From Dehalococcoidia bacterium (GTDB lineage Bacteria > Chloroflexota > Dehalococcoidia > Tepidiformales > Tepidiformaceae): 43,071 nucleotides of DNA. Location: the NCBI GenBank assembly GCA_031431695.1, contig JANPDX010000408.1, positions 1 to 43,071 on the forward strand. The letters run 5' to 3'. Position 1 is the first letter of the stretch. The number at the start of each line of letters is the position of its first letter. The notes beneath the pieces were generated by a model that was given only the letters and a program-made list of their open reading frames with translations, searched no databases and had not been told where the DNA came from. Shown here in pieces: positions 14,959-23,673 of the stretch. Position numbers and translations under genes: made by a program.

Positions 14959-15450
14959 GTGATGGTGAAGAGCACGAAGGCTGGGGTGGGGTGGAAGACG
15001 AAGCAGGACGAGAAGCTGGAGAAGGAGAGGGTGGAGGCTGAGGCGAAGAAGGTGAGGCTGGTTGAGGAGGCGAAGGAGAAGGAGGCTGAGGAGGAGAAGA
15101 GGGCGGTGAGGCTGGAGGGGCAGGATGGAGGGGGGGATGATTGGTGTCCGTTTGAGCCGGTGCTGGGGAGCATGGTGTTGAAGAGTCTGGAGGCGACGAA
15201 GAAGACGAAGGGCGGGTTGCTGTTGCCGCCGCAGTACGCCGCGGGGATGGGGATCTTCGGGTTGTATCGGGTGATGAGGTTGGGGCCGGGGAAGATCCTT
15301 GATGGGGGGCACACGATCCCGACGTTTCTGGCGGAGGGGGAGACGATCCTGGTGGCGAAGGCGGATGTTGCGGAGTTCACGTGGCTGGGGCACAGGTTCT
15401 ACATGGCGCAGGTCGATCAGGCGTGGACGAAGGTGAGGGTGGAGAAGTGA
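14959..15450 (+). CDS. GroES/Cpn10-like co-chaperonin with Lys/Glu-rich N-terminal extension (163 aa)
   Basis: The C-terminal ~95 aa, PVLGSMVLKSLEATKKTKGGLLLPPQ....YRVMRLGPGKILDGGHTIPTFLAEGETILV, aligns by eye with GroES (P..drv.vk..e.e.kT.gGi.l......g.V.avG.G.......p..v..GD.v.f). GAGGAGG precedes the GTG 14959 / ATG 14962 start. Confidence 0.6.
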   Translation: MMVKSTKAGVGWKTKQDEKLEKERVEAEAKKVRLVEEAKEKEAEEEKRAVRLEGQDGGGDDWCPFEPVLGSMVLKSLEATKKTKGGLLLPPQYAAGMGIFGLYRVMRLGPGKILDGGHTIPTFLAEGETILVAKADVAEFTWLGHRFYMAQVDQAWTKVRVEK

Positions 15451-15644
15451 CTGGGAAAAATCAGATCTTGCTGAATGAGCAGGAAGTGAAGCGGTTGCTG
15501 GAGGCGCAGTTGTGCACGGAAACGGTGCTCAAGCCGGTCGATCACGTGACGGGGCTGGAGTGGGTGTCGCGTGGCACCGTGGGCGAAGGGCTCATGCTGA
15601 CGATCGAGTCGGAGGATCGGAAGCTTTTGCCTGTCTCGAAGTGA
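15447..15644 (+). CDS. hypothetical protein (65 aa)
   Basis: GTG at 15447 overlaps the upstream TGA (GTGA). G/T-ending codons. Confidence 0.5.
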   Translation: MTGKNQILLNEQEVKRLLEAQLCTETVLKPVDHVTGLEWVSRGTVGEGLMLTIESEDRKLLPVSK

Positions 15645-15719
15645 CGTACAAGGAGTGGTGTGCGATGTCTGTTCCTGCGGTGCCCCAGGATGTTCGGGCC
15701 TATTGGGTGGGGGTGTGGC

Positions 15720-15959
15720 GTGACGAAGCAGCAGCTGTGCGTCGAGCTCAGCGTGAGGGTTCCGGAGGTGGAGATGCCCTGGCTGATCGAGCTGGTGCAG
15801 CTCAGGGGTCGGGAGTGGATAGCGCTCAACCTGGCGCAGGTGGCGGGGGTTGTGAGAAAGGCGTGGAGGAAGGCTAAGAGGCGGGGGTTGGCGGGGCTGG
15901 CGTCGGAGGAGGAGCAGGCTCGCTTGCAGGCTTGGGATGTGGGACAGATCAAGGGATGA
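15720..15959 (+). CDS. hypothetical protein (79 aa from GTG 15720; start uncertain)
   Basis: Strong G-ending codon bias from 15720 onward (VTKQQLCVELSVRVPEVEMPWLIELVQL...). The track start at 15660 has poor SD spacing. See the finding on ATG 15665 in another frame. Confidence 0.55.
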   Translation: MTKQQLCVELSVRVPEVEMPWLIELVQLRGREWIALNLAQVAGVVRKAWRKAKRRGLAGLASEEEQARLQAWDVGQIKG

Positions 15960-16228
15960 GGGATCCGAAGATGGAGCTGGGGCGGCGACGGGTGACGTTG
16001 GAAACGCTGGCGGCGTGGCTGCTTTGGCGGCTCGCGGCCCGGGCTACCGGTGTCGAGGTCGTGCCTGGCGATGCGGGAGGGTGCCTTGTGAGTGTCAAGT
16101 TGGCGGGGGATGCGGGATTCGTGCAGGAGCGGCTGGATCCGGGGGCATGGGATCGCCTGAGCCCCAAGGAGCAGGCCAAGGATGCGGAGCGGCTGAGGCT
16201 GGAGCTGGAGCGGCGCGCCGCTTCGTAA
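15956..16228 (+). CDS. hypothetical protein (90 aa)
   Basis: ATG at 15956 overlaps the upstream TGA (ATGA). Confidence 0.55.
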   Translation: MRDPKMELGRRRVTLETLAAWLLWRLAARATGVEVVPGDAGGCLVSVKLAGDAGFVQERLDPGAWDRLSPKEQAKDAERLRLELERRAAS

Positions 16229-16243
16229 AACAGGAGGTGGGGC

Positions 16244-16882
16244 ATGGCTGGTCCGAAGTTGCCGAAGAAGAAGGTTCTGACGAGGGCTGAGCTCGAGCAG
16301 GCGTACGAGGACGCCTCGGCGAAGGTGCCGCCGCCGGCGCCGGCCGTCGCGGCCGCGAAGGGGCCTCCGATGCGGGACGATGAGGAGGAGGGTGAGGAGG
16401 TTGTGGCGGAAGACAAGTCGCAGCAGCAGGAGCCTGCGGTTGAGGCGACTGAGGTGGGTGGCGCGCCGGCAGTGGAGGTTGAGGAGCTGTCGGACGAGGT
16501 GCAGGAGTTGCTTGTTCGTCTTCCACAGGGGAAGGACAAGCAAGAGGAGCGGTTGGCGGCTTTCAAGGCGATGTCGCCGGAAGACCTTGCGTTGCTGGTG
16601 TTCGGGCTCGATCGGTACTGTGAGTACATGGCTCGGCAGTGGGCGCTGGCGTCGAGGGTGATCTGGCAGTTGCTGATCGTGGCGCTGGAGATCACGGGTG
16701 GCAAGATGCCGATTGTCACGGCGGAATCGGATGTGAAGACGGTGCCGGGGCCGGCGGTTCCGTTCAGGGCTCAGCGTCCTGGAGCTGGCAGGAGCAAGCT
16801 GGCGATCGCCAACAGCGCCGATGTGGACAAGGCGCTGGATCAGGCGAGGAAGAGGCGCGGCGTCGGCCCGAGGATGCCGTAG
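16244..16882 (+). CDS. hypothetical protein with acidic N-terminal half (212 aa)
   Basis: Track ORF with coding-like codons. Confidence 0.65.
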   Translation: MAGPKLPKKKVLTRAELEQAYEDASAKVPPPAPAVAAAKGPPMRDDEEEGEEVVAEDKSQQQEPAVEATEVGGAPAVEVEELSDEVQELLVRLPQGKDKQEERLAAFKAMSPEDLALLVFGLDRYCEYMARQWALASRVIWQLLIVALEITGGKMPIVTAESDVKTVPGPAVPFRAQRPGAGRSKLAIANSADVDKALDQARKRRGVGPRMP

Positions 16883-17752
16883 ATGTTCGTGAACTTCGTG
16901 GTGTTGGTTGGCAGGGTGGTCCGGCGTCCGTCGCTTCGGATCACGCAGACGGGGACGTCGGTTTGTACGTTGACGATGAAGCAGGTGTTCAAGTTGAAGT
17001 CGGAGATGGAGGGTGAGCGCCGGTATCGGCAGACGTTCATTCCCCTGACATGCTGGGGGGCTTTGGCGGCGTGGATTTGTGTGCACGCGAAGCCCATGAT
17101 GCCGATTTACGTTCGCGGGTATCTCGCGGTGAAGCAGTCGCAGCGCGGGACGGTTCGAATTTACGAGCACTCGGTCGTGGCCCAGGACATTCAGATTTTG
17201 GGCGCGCCAAGGAGGAAGAGTGGAGCGGGGAGAGAGCTGGGAGCAGCTGGTGGAGTGGGATCTGCCCCACTTCAAGATCATCCGGGTGAATCCTCGGGGG
17301 CATTCGAGCTGGTGGATCCTGTGGCGTCCGAAGGGGGTGGCGGCTCCTTCGTGGCGTTTCCAGAAGTTGATGGCATCGGACAGGCTGGAGGCGTTGCAGG
17401 AGGCGTTGATGATCCTGGTGGAGAGGAAATGCTCGGTGACGGTGAAGGAGCCGAAGGGCCGGAGGTGGCCGGAGAAGAAGAAGGCGGAATTGACGACGGA
17501 GCAGAAGCTGAAGCAGGTGTTGAGCCAGAACGTGATCAGCACGGAGGAGGTTTAGATGGCCGGCAATCCGCACCAGTTCCCGGGACAGCCGGTGGCTCAG
17601 CATTGGGTGGAAACGAAGGAGGGAGGTCAGGCGACGATTCTGTCGCTGGCGTGCCCGCTGGTGAAGCAGACGCTCACGATGGCGCTGGTGATGGATCCGC
17701 ACCAGCGGCTGGCGCTTCGGACTCCGACGGAAAGGACGGTCTTCCGCGGTGA
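16883..17752 (+). CDS. second SSB-like OB-fold protein; the OB fold is about 16883-17200 and the remaining ORF overlaps two downstream genes
   Basis: FVNFVVLVGRVVRRPSLRITQTGTSVCTLTM...FIPLTCWGALAAWICVHAKPMMPIYVRGYLAV...VVAQDIQILG follows the SSB OB-fold pattern. The ATG abuts the upstream TAG and GAGGA lies 8 nt upstream. There is no in-frame stop until 17752. Confidence 0.55.
   Translation: MFVNFVVLVGRVVRRPSLRITQTGTSVCTLTMKQVFKLKSEMEGERRYRQTFIPLTCWGALAAWICVHAKPMMPIYVRGYLAVKQSQRGTVRIYEHSVVAQDIQILGAPRRKSGAGRELGAAGGVGSAPLQDHPGESSGAFELVDPVASEGGGGSFVAFPEVDGIGQAGGVAGGVDDPGGEEMLGDGEGAEGPEVAGEEEGGIDDGAEAEAGVEPERDQHGGGLDGRQSAPVPGTAGGSALGGNEGGRSGDDSVAGVPAGEADAHDGAGDGSAPAAGASDSDGKDGLPR
17220..17555 (+). 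CDS. hypothetical protein (111 aa)
   Basis: GTG lies 4 nt after AAGGAGG. G-ending codon bias is far stronger than in the overlapping SSB-like frame. Confidence 0.65.
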   Translation: MERGESWEQLVEWDLPHFKIIRVNPRGHSSWWILWRPKGVAAPSWRFQKLMASDRLEALQEALMILVERKCSVTVKEPKGRRWPEKKKAELTTEQKLKQVLSQNVISTEEV

Positions 17753-17816
17753 GTTGACGAAGAAGGGAGTGGACGCGATCTTGCGTGAAGCGAGGAGCAA
17801 GCGATGGTTGGAGTGA
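17556..17816 (+). CDS. hypothetical protein (86 aa)
   Basis: The ATG abuts the upstream TAG. Coding-like codons. Confidence 0.6.
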   Translation: MAGNPHQFPGQPVAQHWVETKEGGQATILSLACPLVKQTLTMALVMDPHQRLALRTPTERTVFRGELTKKGVDAILREARSKRWLE

Positions 17817-17846
17817 TGTTGTAAAACTCGAGGTGGGAGATTTGAA

Positions 17847-18158
17847 ATGAAGCAGTTGCGCATTGAAGGGTCGATCCCGAAGGAAGACAAGCCGATCGCG
17901 GAGGCTGCTGAGGAGTACTTGTCCTCGAAGAGAAAGAAGAAGTCGGCGATGGAGAAGGAAAAGGCGTCGCTGTCCCAGCTCTTGACGCGGATGGCTGATC
18001 GCGGCGTGAAGTCGGTGCGGATCCTTGGGTTTTCGATCGATATCGAGGAGTCGCAGAAGGTGTCGGTAGTCGAAATGCCGGACGATGAGGAGGAGGAGAA
18101 GCCGAAGCGCGCGGCGAAGGCCGAGAAGGACGCCGGGCTTCATGTTCCGGAGGAGTAG
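17847..18158 (+). CDS. hypothetical charged protein (103 aa)
   Basis: Track ORF. GAGGTGGGAG lies upstream of the ATG. Confidence 0.6.
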   Translation: MKQLRIEGSIPKEDKPIAEAAEEYLSSKRKKKSAMEKEKASLSQLLTRMADRGVKSVRILGFSIDIEESQKVSVVEMPDDEEEEKPKRAAKAEKDAGLHVPEE

Positions 18159-18160
18159 TC

Positions 18161-18445
18161 ATGGAGAGCGAGGAGGTTATTGCGGGTGGAGCGCCTGAGC
18201 CTGCTGCCGAAATCGATCTCCAGCGTTCCGTGACTGTAGCGCTTGCGGTGATGAGGAGCGCGAAGCGCCAGGGGTTGAGCGAGTGGGGTCGAGTTGAGTG
18301 GGCTGTTCTCACGGGGGCTGTTGATGCCCTTGGTTTGGCTCGCGAGGAGGTCGAGAAACGGTTTCCTGGTGTTGGTGATCGGGTCGCCGCTTTCCTCGGG
18401 CTTTTGCTGACGCAGTTCAAGGCGGCAAGACGCGGTTACAGGTAG
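18161..18445 (+). CDS. hypothetical protein (94 aa)
   Basis: Track ORF, followed by a terminator. Confidence 0.6.
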   Translation: MESEEVIAGGAPEPAAEIDLQRSVTVALAVMRSAKRQGLSEWGRVEWAVLTGAVDALGLAREEVEKRFPGVGDRVAAFLGLLLTQFKAARRGYR

Positions 18446-18471
18446 TGCGGCCTCACTCGGGTTGACGTTGG

Positions 18472-18511
18472 GCGCCGGCGAGGAGTACCCTTCTCGCCGG
18501 CGCTTTATTTT
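18472..18511 (+). terminator. rho-independent terminator closing the small-ORF block
   Basis: GCGCCGGCGAG-10 nt-CTCGCCGGCGC (11-bp perfect stem) followed by TTTATTTT. Confidence 0.8.
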
Positions 18512-18517
18512 GGGGAG

Positions 18518-20839
18518 GTGCAGATGTATCCGGTCACGCCATGCGATGAGGACGATCTTCAGAATTGGGTGGATCGCTGGGAGCGGTCGAAGGACAAATA
18601 TCGCGATCATCGTGAGGCGGGAGTTCATTGCTGGAATCTTTATGAAGGCGATCCCGTGGCCTGGGCGACCGAGGCTGGGGCTGCGGATCCTTCCAGTGCG
18701 ACGCGGATGGACATCATTCATAACGCCTACGCGGCGGTCATTCGTGCGGACGTTGACCAGAATACGCCGAAGAATCCGAAGATCATTGCGACGCCGGTGA
18801 GCGAGGGGTTTGAGCGCGAGGCCCAGCCCGCGGAGGGCGACGAGCAGGCTGAGGGAGGGGAGCAGCAGGAGGGCGGGTTCCAGCATATCGACAACGCGCA
18901 CAATTCGATGGTGGTTGCGGAGGTCGCGCAGTTCTGCGCGAAGATGTCGAAGTTGCGGTCGCGGGTGAAGCAGGGATATTTCTCTGCGAAGGTGACGAAC
19001 GAGGGGTTCGTCATGCTTACGGGCGGCACGCGCGCCTCAGTGACGTCGTTTCAGGCGTGGCCTGGGAAGTGGGATGAGCCGACGAAGGGTTTCAAGCGCT
19101 TCTCTTTCAAGGGTGCCTCGCACGCGCAGGCGCAGGATTACGTTCCCGGCCTCGTGTGGCTTTCCGAGGAGCGCGTGCATATCGACGCCGATGCGGTCGA
19201 GGACGACGAGATCAATTGGGTCTGCCAGGAGGTCGTCCTTCCTCGCGTCGTGATGCAGAAGGAGGAGGTGCAGGAGCTGGACGAGGCTGGCCAGGTCGTG
19301 ATGAAGAACGGGAAGCCGTCTTTCGTGAAGAAGTACAAGAATGTCGATAAGCTCGAGGCCGGCGATGGCGGCGACGCGATTCGCGGGGATGAGGGCGATG
19401 TCGAGAGGACGGCGCCGGATCTCGAAGATCTTCCTCCCGAGGATTATTGCCGGTTTCTTGAGTTTCACTACCGGGAGTTGGTGCCGATGGAGAAGCGCGA
19501 GCTCTATTACGGCTGCTTCCGTTGGGTGATCCTTTGCATCGGCCGCGGTGTCGAGGGTGAGCCGGTCGAGCTGCGTCACGAGGAGTACCGGTGCGACATC
19601 GGCATGTGTGCGATTCAGCGTTTGCGCCTTCACAAGCCGAACGGGCGGGCGAAGGGCGCGCCGATCGCGCGGGATTTCACGGGCGGGATTGCGTTGGCGA
19701 ACAAGTGCTTGAAGACCTGGTATCGCTGGCAGATGAAGAACAAGCCGATCCGGTTTTACAACATGGCGGCGATCGATCCTGCGAAGTTGCAGGAAGGTGA
19801 GGACGAGGCGGATCTGCTGGATTGGGTGGGCATGAAGAATTTGTCGGATGCGCGCACGATGCAGGACCAGATCGCGCTTGCTCCGACAGTTGAGCCTCCG
19901 CAGGGGTTGATTGTGCTTTTGAATCAGCTCATGGGTGTGACGCAGCAGATGGGTGGCAAGGGACCGAATCAGCGCGGCCAGGTCGAGGGGATTCGGACGG
20001 CGGCTGAGGTGAATGCGGTGCAGATGTCGAGCGACATCATGCAGGCTGAGGAGCGCGAGATCGTGATCGAGTGGACTGAGCTTCTTGTTTTGGGCGAGGT
20101 TCGCATGTTTTGCGAGATGCTTCCTGATCGCGCGGAAGGCTGGCATATCTACAAGAGCGATGGCGCCATCCTCCGGTTCACGAAGAAGCAGCTGATCGCG
20201 GATTGCACTTTGAATATCGACCAGGTGAGTCAGGCACGCGAGGCCGAGCCGATCAAGATCAAGCAGATGCAGGAATTTATGAAGATGGTGTCTTCGTTCC
20301 CGCCTCCGCTGCTCCAGATGATGCAGCCTTTTATCGACATCGTGGCGCAGTGGATGGGGCCTGATGTGAATGCGGCGTGGGAGAAGTTCAAGGCGCAGAC
20401 GGGTGGTGAGAAGCCGGGCGCTCCGGATGCGCAGCATGTGTTGATGTTGAACGGGCACCAGTGCAAGGTCGAGCCGACTGAGGATCTTGAGGAGAACATG
20501 AAGGCGCATCTGGCGATGCTCCAGCAGGCGAACGGCGATTTCGAGGGGAATCCTGGTTGGCATGTCGTGATCGGGAAGGCTCCTGATGGGACGGATCTGT
20601 CGCCGATGATTCTTCTTGCGGAACATATCGTTGAGCACCAGGACGCTTTGGACGCGCAGGGTCGGTCGATGACGCCGCGCGGGAGCACGACTGCTGCCGG
20701 TGGCAAGGGTGGCGCTGGTGGCAGTGATCGTGGGTCGGACACCAACAGCGGTCGTACAGGCCAGGGCACTCCGTCTTCGGAGGATCTGGAGGGTTCGGCC
20801 GGGTCGCTGGCGCATGAAGAAATGCCGATGGAGGCGTAG
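18518..20839 (+). CDS. putative portal protein (773 aa)
   Basis: First and largest ORF of the head module, just upstream of terL. GGAGG lies 5 nt before the ATG. The C-terminal tail is Gly/Ser-rich. The assignment rests on position and size only. Confidence 0.55.
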   Translation: MQMYPVTPCDEDDLQNWVDRWERSKDKYRDHREAGVHCWNLYEGDPVAWATEAGAADPSSATRMDIIHNAYAAVIRADVDQNTPKNPKIIATPVSEGFEREAQPAEGDEQAEGGEQQEGGFQHIDNAHNSMVVAEVAQFCAKMSKLRSRVKQGYFSAKVTNEGFVMLTGGTRASVTSFQAWPGKWDEPTKGFKRFSFKGASHAQAQDYVPGLVWLSEERVHIDADAVEDDEINWVCQEVVLPRVVMQKEEVQELDEAGQVVMKNGKPSFVKKYKNVDKLEAGDGGDAIRGDEGDVERTAPDLEDLPPEDYCRFLEFHYRELVPMEKRELYYGCFRWVILCIGRGVEGEPVELRHEEYRCDIGMCAIQRLRLHKPNGRAKGAPIARDFTGGIALANKCLKTWYRWQMKNKPIRFYNMAAIDPAKLQEGEDEADLLDWVGMKNLSDARTMQDQIALAPTVEPPQGLIVLLNQLMGVTQQMGGKGPNQRGQVEGIRTAAEVNAVQMSSDIMQAEEREIVIEWTELLVLGEVRMFCEMLPDRAEGWHIYKSDGAILRFTKKQLIADCTLNIDQVSQAREAEPIKIKQMQEFMKMVSSFPPPLLQMMQPFIDIVAQWMGPDVNAAWEKFKAQTGGEKPGAPDAQHVLMLNGHQCKVEPTEDLEENMKAHLAMLQQANGDFEGNPGWHVVIGKAPDGTDLSPMILLAEHIVEHQDALDAQGRSMTPRGSTTAAGGKGGAGGSDRGSDTNSGRTGQGTPSSEDLEGSAGSLAHEEMPMEA

Positions 20840-20840
20840 C

Positions 20841-21092
20841 ATGGTGGGACCGACGAGGCCGGCGGAGTTGGCGAAGAAGGCCGCTCCTCTTTCAGCTCCG
20901 AAGTATTCGAAGCCTGGGGGCTATGGGAAGCCGACGGTGACGAAGTTGCCTTCGCTGGATCCGGAGCGGACTGCGAAGATTTTGAAGGATCCGATCAGGA
21001 TGAGGCGGCTGGAGGACGAGCGGAAGCGGTCGAATGACGAGAATCTTGGTGGACAGCGCAGACGGAGAAACCACCTGCTTAGGGGGCTTTGA
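20841..21092 (+). CDS. small basic hypothetical protein (83 aa)
   Basis: ATG lies 1 nt after the portal TAG. A small-terminase role is possible by position only. Confidence 0.5.
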   Translation: MVGPTRPAELAKKAAPLSAPKYSKPGGYGKPTVTKLPSLDPERTAKILKDPIRMRRLEDERKRSNDENLGGQRRRRNHLLRGL

Positions 21093-21709
21093 TGCCGACG
21101 AGGACTTACGTGTGCAAGTCTGACCATGAGACTGTCGTGACGGTGTGGGCTGGGCAGGAAGATTTTATGGCGCCGCGATCGTGCAGGACTTGCGGTCTTC
21201 CGGTGACGCGGGCGATGGGCAGCGAGGTTGTTCGGATCACCGCCTGGGTCACTGAGTGCTCAAATGGGCACGTTATGACGGCCGAGCATCGGAAGCGGAA
21301 GAAGCCTGGGTTCGTGTGTCCCGTGAAGGGTTGTCGTGGCCGGGTTTTCAAGGCTCGTGGAGTTGACATGCGCCGGCCGGACAAGTTTCGGAAGGGCTGG
21401 TACGAGAGCCTTCGGCCGACTGTCGAGGTGGATGGGAAGGAGGCCGTCGAGATCTGGAGGAAGAAAGGGTATCTCCGGACGGATCCGACGGACGGGGTGG
21501 AGAAGACGTATTTTGAGTCGTTGAAGCAGCGAGATGAGGCCGTGAAGGATTTGAATGTTCGCGCGAGTTATCGCCCTGGTGGGTGGAAACGCGAGATGGT
21601 TGACAAGGGCGCCAGTGAGGGCGCGCAGCAGCGCGAGCAGGCGCGGTCGCGGCGCGTGAGGCCGCGGGTGGCGATGGGAGATTTCCGTGTTCGCCGAAGC
21701 ATCCGCTAA
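21092..21709 (+). CDS. zinc-ribbon protein (205 aa)
   Basis: YVCKSDHE..CRTCG and CSNGH..CPVKGC motifs. The ATG shares one nt with the upstream TGA. It lies immediately upstream of terL. Confidence 0.6.
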   Translation: MPTRTYVCKSDHETVVTVWAGQEDFMAPRSCRTCGLPVTRAMGSEVVRITAWVTECSNGHVMTAEHRKRKKPGFVCPVKGCRGRVFKARGVDMRRPDKFRKGWYESLRPTVEVDGKEAVEIWRKKGYLRTDPTDGVEKTYFESLKQRDEAVKDLNVRASYRPGGWKREMVDKGASEGAQQREQARSRRVRPRVAMGDFRVRRSIR

Positions 21710-23327
21710 CGATTTTTTCCTGACCGACGAGGAGCTTTGGGGTGGGCGTGACGGCCCGCTCTGGGATTCTCAGTTGGGTAGGGTTGCGCCTTTTGAGTAT
21801 CAGCGCCAGGCGCTTGAGGACAATCACTTTTGCATGGCGATGGTGGGCGAGGTCGGTCCCGGGAAGACGACTCTTGGGTGCGCGAAGTCGATGTATCTCT
21901 CGCTCGCGCATCCGAACAACAAGGGTGTCTGGGGTCGTCTTCATGAGAACGAGCTTTACGATTCGGTGTTTGACGCGTGGTCCCAGCTTTACCCGTATGA
22001 GGTCTGGGGACCGAAGGGGCGCGATATCTTCACGTTGGAGGGCGGGGAGAACCGGCCGAAGGCGATCCGGTTTTTCAATGGCTCCGTGATCCAGCTGGTG
22101 CCGATGAAGTCGCGGAGCAAGTTTCAGGGGACGAATTACGGGTGGGCGTTCATCGATCAGCTGGAGCAGATTTCTTTCGAGTATTTCTGCGCGATCTTGA
22201 AGCGCCTGCGGCGGTCGAATATTCCGGCGGCGCACCAGATGCTTTTCTCTTCGGTGAACAAGGAGGGTGGTTACTGGTGGATCAAGCGGGTTTTTGAGCA
22301 GCAGCGCCGCTTCGGCCAGTTGCTTCCCGACGAGATGTCGAGTGACGATTTCGCGGTGATCTACAACCCGTTGCACGTCAACAAGAGGTACAAGGAGTCG
22401 GGTTACTACGATCGGCTCGAGCGGGTGATGCGGCTCGGAGGCGACGAGTCGGGCATCAAGCGTCTGATCTATTCGCAGGACGACGACATGTACGGGCGCG
22501 TGCTCCCGGATTTGAATCCGGAGACGCACGATGCTGATGTCGATTTTCGTCGCTTCACGAAAGAGTCAGGGGAGTTTTGGATTGGATATGACGAGGGTGC
22601 CGAGGTGCCGACGGCTATCCTGTTGGCGTATAGGATGGCGGGCAACCGTTGGTTCTTTGGCGGTGAGCATTACGAGGCGGGGCTCTCGGTCGAGCAGCAC
22701 AAGGTCAAGGTCAAGGTGCTTTGCGAGCAGCTCGGTTTTCCTCTCGGGAAGGACAGTTGTCAGTACGTGACGGATTGGGCGATTCGTGGCAAGCGGGGGG
22801 GGCGCCAGGAGAGCATCGCGGATCTCTGGGGTGAAGAGTGGCCGTGGATGAACGCGAACAAGTCGCGGGAGTACGGGTTCAAAAAGATTCAGGTTCTTTC
22901 GCAGGACATGGATATCAGTGGTAAGCCGACGTTCGTGATTGATCGGCGCCGCTGTCCTTCTTTGTGGGATGAGATCGTGGATCTTCAGTTCGATCCGGAG
23001 CGGCCTGGCGAGTGGGAGTTCATCAACAAGGGCGGGCGTGGCCGCGGCGTTATGGATCACGCATGCGACGCGATGCGGTACATGATTGTGCGCGCGATGG
23101 ATCCGTTCCCGAAGAAGATCGCGCGGCCTGTGGACGAGTGGAAGAAGACGGCGGGCACGCGGGCGGCTTACGAGTGGGCGAAGAAGGGGAAGGGCCGCGG
23201 CGTTATGTGGCCGCCTTCCGGATTGTGGGTGGCGGCCTCGTCACTCCCAGGAAGACGTTCATCTTCCCCTTGGTTGTCGCGTTCTTCGGTGTCAGCAGCG
23301 CTTTCGCCATGGCGCCGCGGAGCTTGA
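21687..23327 (+). CDS. terL: terminase large subunit
   Basis: Walker A MVGEVGPGKTT, Walker B-like WAFIDQLE and the C-terminal nuclease-region motif MDHACDAMRYMIV. The last ~40 codons overlap the convergent gene 23203..23673 and may be non-functional tail. Confidence 0.9.
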   Translation: MFAEASANDFFLTDEELWGGRDGPLWDSQLGRVAPFEYQRQALEDNHFCMAMVGEVGPGKTTLGCAKSMYLSLAHPNNKGVWGRLHENELYDSVFDAWSQLYPYEVWGPKGRDIFTLEGGENRPKAIRFFNGSVIQLVPMKSRSKFQGTNYGWAFIDQLEQISFEYFCAILKRLRRSNIPAAHQMLFSSVNKEGGYWWIKRVFEQQRRFGQLLPDEMSSDDFAVIYNPLHVNKRYKESGYYDRLERVMRLGGDESGIKRLIYSQDDDMYGRVLPDLNPETHDADVDFRRFTKESGEFWIGYDEGAEVPTAILLAYRMAGNRWFFGGEHYEAGLSVEQHKVKVKVLCEQLGFPLGKDSCQYVTDWAIRGKRGGRQESIADLWGEEWPWMNANKSREYGFKKIQVLSQDMDISGKPTFVIDRRRCPSLWDEIVDLQFDPERPGEWEFINKGGRGRGVMDHACDAMRYMIVRAMDPFPKKIARPVDEWKKTAGTRAAYEWAKKGKGRGVMWPPSGLWVAASSLPGRRSSSPWLSRSSVSAALSPWRRGA

Positions 23328-23673
23328 GGTGTTCGCAGTAGATTTTGGTGATGCACTCGATGGTGGCGATGCGCAGGTCTACGTGTGCTTCTTTCGCGAG
23401 GCCGTCTTTGAGGGCGGCGTCGAATTCTTCGGCGTGAGGGATTGCGAAGGCCCGGTTGTCTTTGTAGTCGGGGAGCTGTGCGAGTTGCAGCGCTGCTTCC
23501 TCGCGCGCGTCGGGCAGGGTTGGGAGGTGAGGTTTGGGGGCTTCGTCGGGCATGCTTCCAGCGATTGCTGCTGCGAGCTCGTCGAAGTCCAGCTCCGCAG
23601 GTGCGGCTGAGTCCCCCATCTGGATGAGGTTCTTGACGGCGAGCTCAGCGCGCACCTGCGGGTCGTAGTTCAT
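23203..23673 (-). CDS. hypothetical protein (156 aa), distal gene of the inverted cassette
   Basis: ATG at 23673 overlaps the upstream stop (ATGA). C/A-ending codons typical of minus-strand genes here. No motif recognised. Confidence 0.6.
   Translation of the reverse strand: MNYDPQVRAELAVKNLIQMGDSAAPAELDFDELAAAIAGSMPDEAPKPHLPTLPDAREEAALQLAQLPDYKDNRAFAIPHAEEFDAALKDGLAKEAHVDLRIATIECITKIYCEHLKLRGAMAKALLTPKNATTKGKMNVFLGVTRPPPTIRKAAT

Noticed and set aside
15542-17542. A 666-aa minus-strand ORF, plus similar long antisense ORFs at 19037..20842, 21348..22529, 24718..25707, 25750..26724, 26739..28301, 28786..29739, 30479..31726, 31885..32727, 32748..34214, 34236..35594, 35994..36857, 37289..38944, 39614..40600 and 40597..42561
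   Set aside because: All are Arg/Leu/Pro/His-rich and lie exactly antisense to plus-strand genes with strong codon bias. Sense codons ending in A (TTA, CTA, TCA) are avoided there, so the codon-aligned antisense frame simply lacks stops. No SD or start context supports them.
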